Assembly: GCA_963824045.1 (NCBI GenBank)
Contig: CAWGNW010000009.1
Coordinates: 4,709-68,708, forward strand
Source: an uncultured Gammaproteobacteria bacterium
GTDB lineage: Bacteria; Pseudomonadota; Gammaproteobacteria; UBA9214
Length of the DNA: 64,000 nucleotides
Direction: 5' to 3'
Under the pieces are notes generated by a model. That model made no database searches. It was not told where the DNA came from and worked only from the letters and a program-made list of their open reading frames with translations. Both the position numbers and the translations under genes were made by a program. This document shows, one piece after another, positions 63,349 to 64,000 of this stretch. Numbering within the stretch: the first letter of the stretch is position 1; every line of letters starts with the position of its first letter.

Positions 63349-64000
63349 TCACAAGTGGTGCTGCTGCAGTGCCCACGCCACGTGTTCACGTACCAGTGCC
63401 GAGGGATGACTGCTTTTCTCTTCCAGCGCGAGCACCACGGCGGCTGAGGTCGGGGCATTCCCCAGGGCGACCGCGATATTGCGCAGCCAGCATTCATACC
63501 CGATGCGGTGAATGGCGCTGCCCTGTGTGTTCTGCTCGAACAGCGATTCACTCCAGTGAAACAGGCGCACCAGGTCGGCAGCATCCAGTTCGTGGCGCGG
63601 GCGAAAGTCGGTTTCCCCGCCGGGCACGGCGAAGCGATTCCAGGGGCAGGCGAGCTGGCAGTCGTCGCAGCCGTAGATGCGATTGCCCATGGCGGTGCGC
63701 AGCGGCTCCGGGATACTGCCGCGCGCCTCGATGGTCAGGTAGGAAATGCAGCGTCGCGCATCCAGCTGGTACGGCGCGGTAATGGCCTGTGTTGGACAGG
63801 CATCGATGCAGGCGTGACAGTCCCCGCAATGGTTGGCGGCGGGTGCATCAGCGGGCAGGGGCAGGTCGGTAAACAGTTCCCCGAGAAAAAACCAGGAGCC
63901 GGCGCGCTCGTTGATCAGGTTGGTATGCTTGCCGATCCATCCCAGTCCGGCATTTTCAGCCAGGGCCTTTTCCAGCACCGGTGCGCTGTCGGTGAATGCG
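63349..64000 (-). CDS. queG: Epoxyqueuosine reductase, C-terminal part; the gene continues beyond the window end
   Basis: Two 4Fe-4S ferredoxin motifs (CGDCHACIDACP, CDDCQLACPWN) and the HEAT-like C-terminus of QueG. Confidence 0.85.
   Translation of the reverse strand, partial: AFTDSAPVLEKALAENAGLGWIGKHTNLINERAGSWFFLGELFTDLPLPADAPAANHCGDCHACIDACPTQAITAPYQLDARRCISYLTIEARGSIPEPLRTAMGNRIYGCDDCQLACPWNRFAVPGGETDFRPRHELDAADLVRLFHWSESLFEQNTQGSAIHRIGYECWLRNIAVALGNAPTSAAVVLALEEKSSHPSALVREHVAWALQQHHL

Overview
GC-rich proteobacterial chromosome segment whose gene order looks like a Pseudomonas-type gammaproteobacterium. About 65 protein genes are called and most are housekeeping.

Conserved blocks:
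- A partial pgm gene at the window start, followed by GFA, yaiI, hemG, an Fe-dependent alcohol dehydrogenase, an MscS-like channel and metA.
- ffs, dnaX, ybaB and recR in a row.
- The glcDEF operon on the minus strand.
- An isc operon (iscR, iscS, iscA, hscB, hscA, fdx, iscX) that has no iscU between iscS and iscA.
- A malyl-CoA lyase gene followed by malate thiokinase genes (mcl, mtkA, mtkB).
- ndk, rlmN, pilF, rodZ, hisS, yfgM, bamB and der, with ispG missing from its usual slot.
- lpoA, yraN, diaA and dolP on the minus strand, divergent rsmI, and a partial queG at the window end.

Accessory or unusual content:
- A methanethiol-oxidase operon (mtoX-type SBP56 gene plus a SCO1/SenC-MauG fusion gene).
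- A two-gene truncated-haemoglobin plus PAS-adenylate-cyclase module.
- An octahaem cytochrome fused to TPR repeats.
- An S8 protease with TSP3 and dockerin-like repeats.
- A roughly 4 kb lower-GC islet at 50.2-54.2 kb that encodes a DUF2934 protein, a secreted Gly/Tyr-rich low-complexity protein and a secreted protein built from four tandem ~52-aa Cys-containing repeats.
- Two dispersed non-coding repeat families: a MITE-like inverted-repeat element (two copies, one truncating an ApaH/PrpE-like phosphatase gene) and a composite element carrying an 18-bp tandem array, with the two families adjacent to each other at the 56.5-56.8 kb copy.
- A 230-bp AT-rich tract followed by a cluster of DnaA boxes, sitting between two convergent genes.

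At least 12 single-base frameshifts interrupt otherwise conserved genes (dnaX three times, ybaB, mtoX, phhB, a small cytochrome c, an M48 protease, a yqiB-like gene, hscB, mcl, rsmI). Because essential genes are hit, the pattern looks like assembly indel error, not biology.
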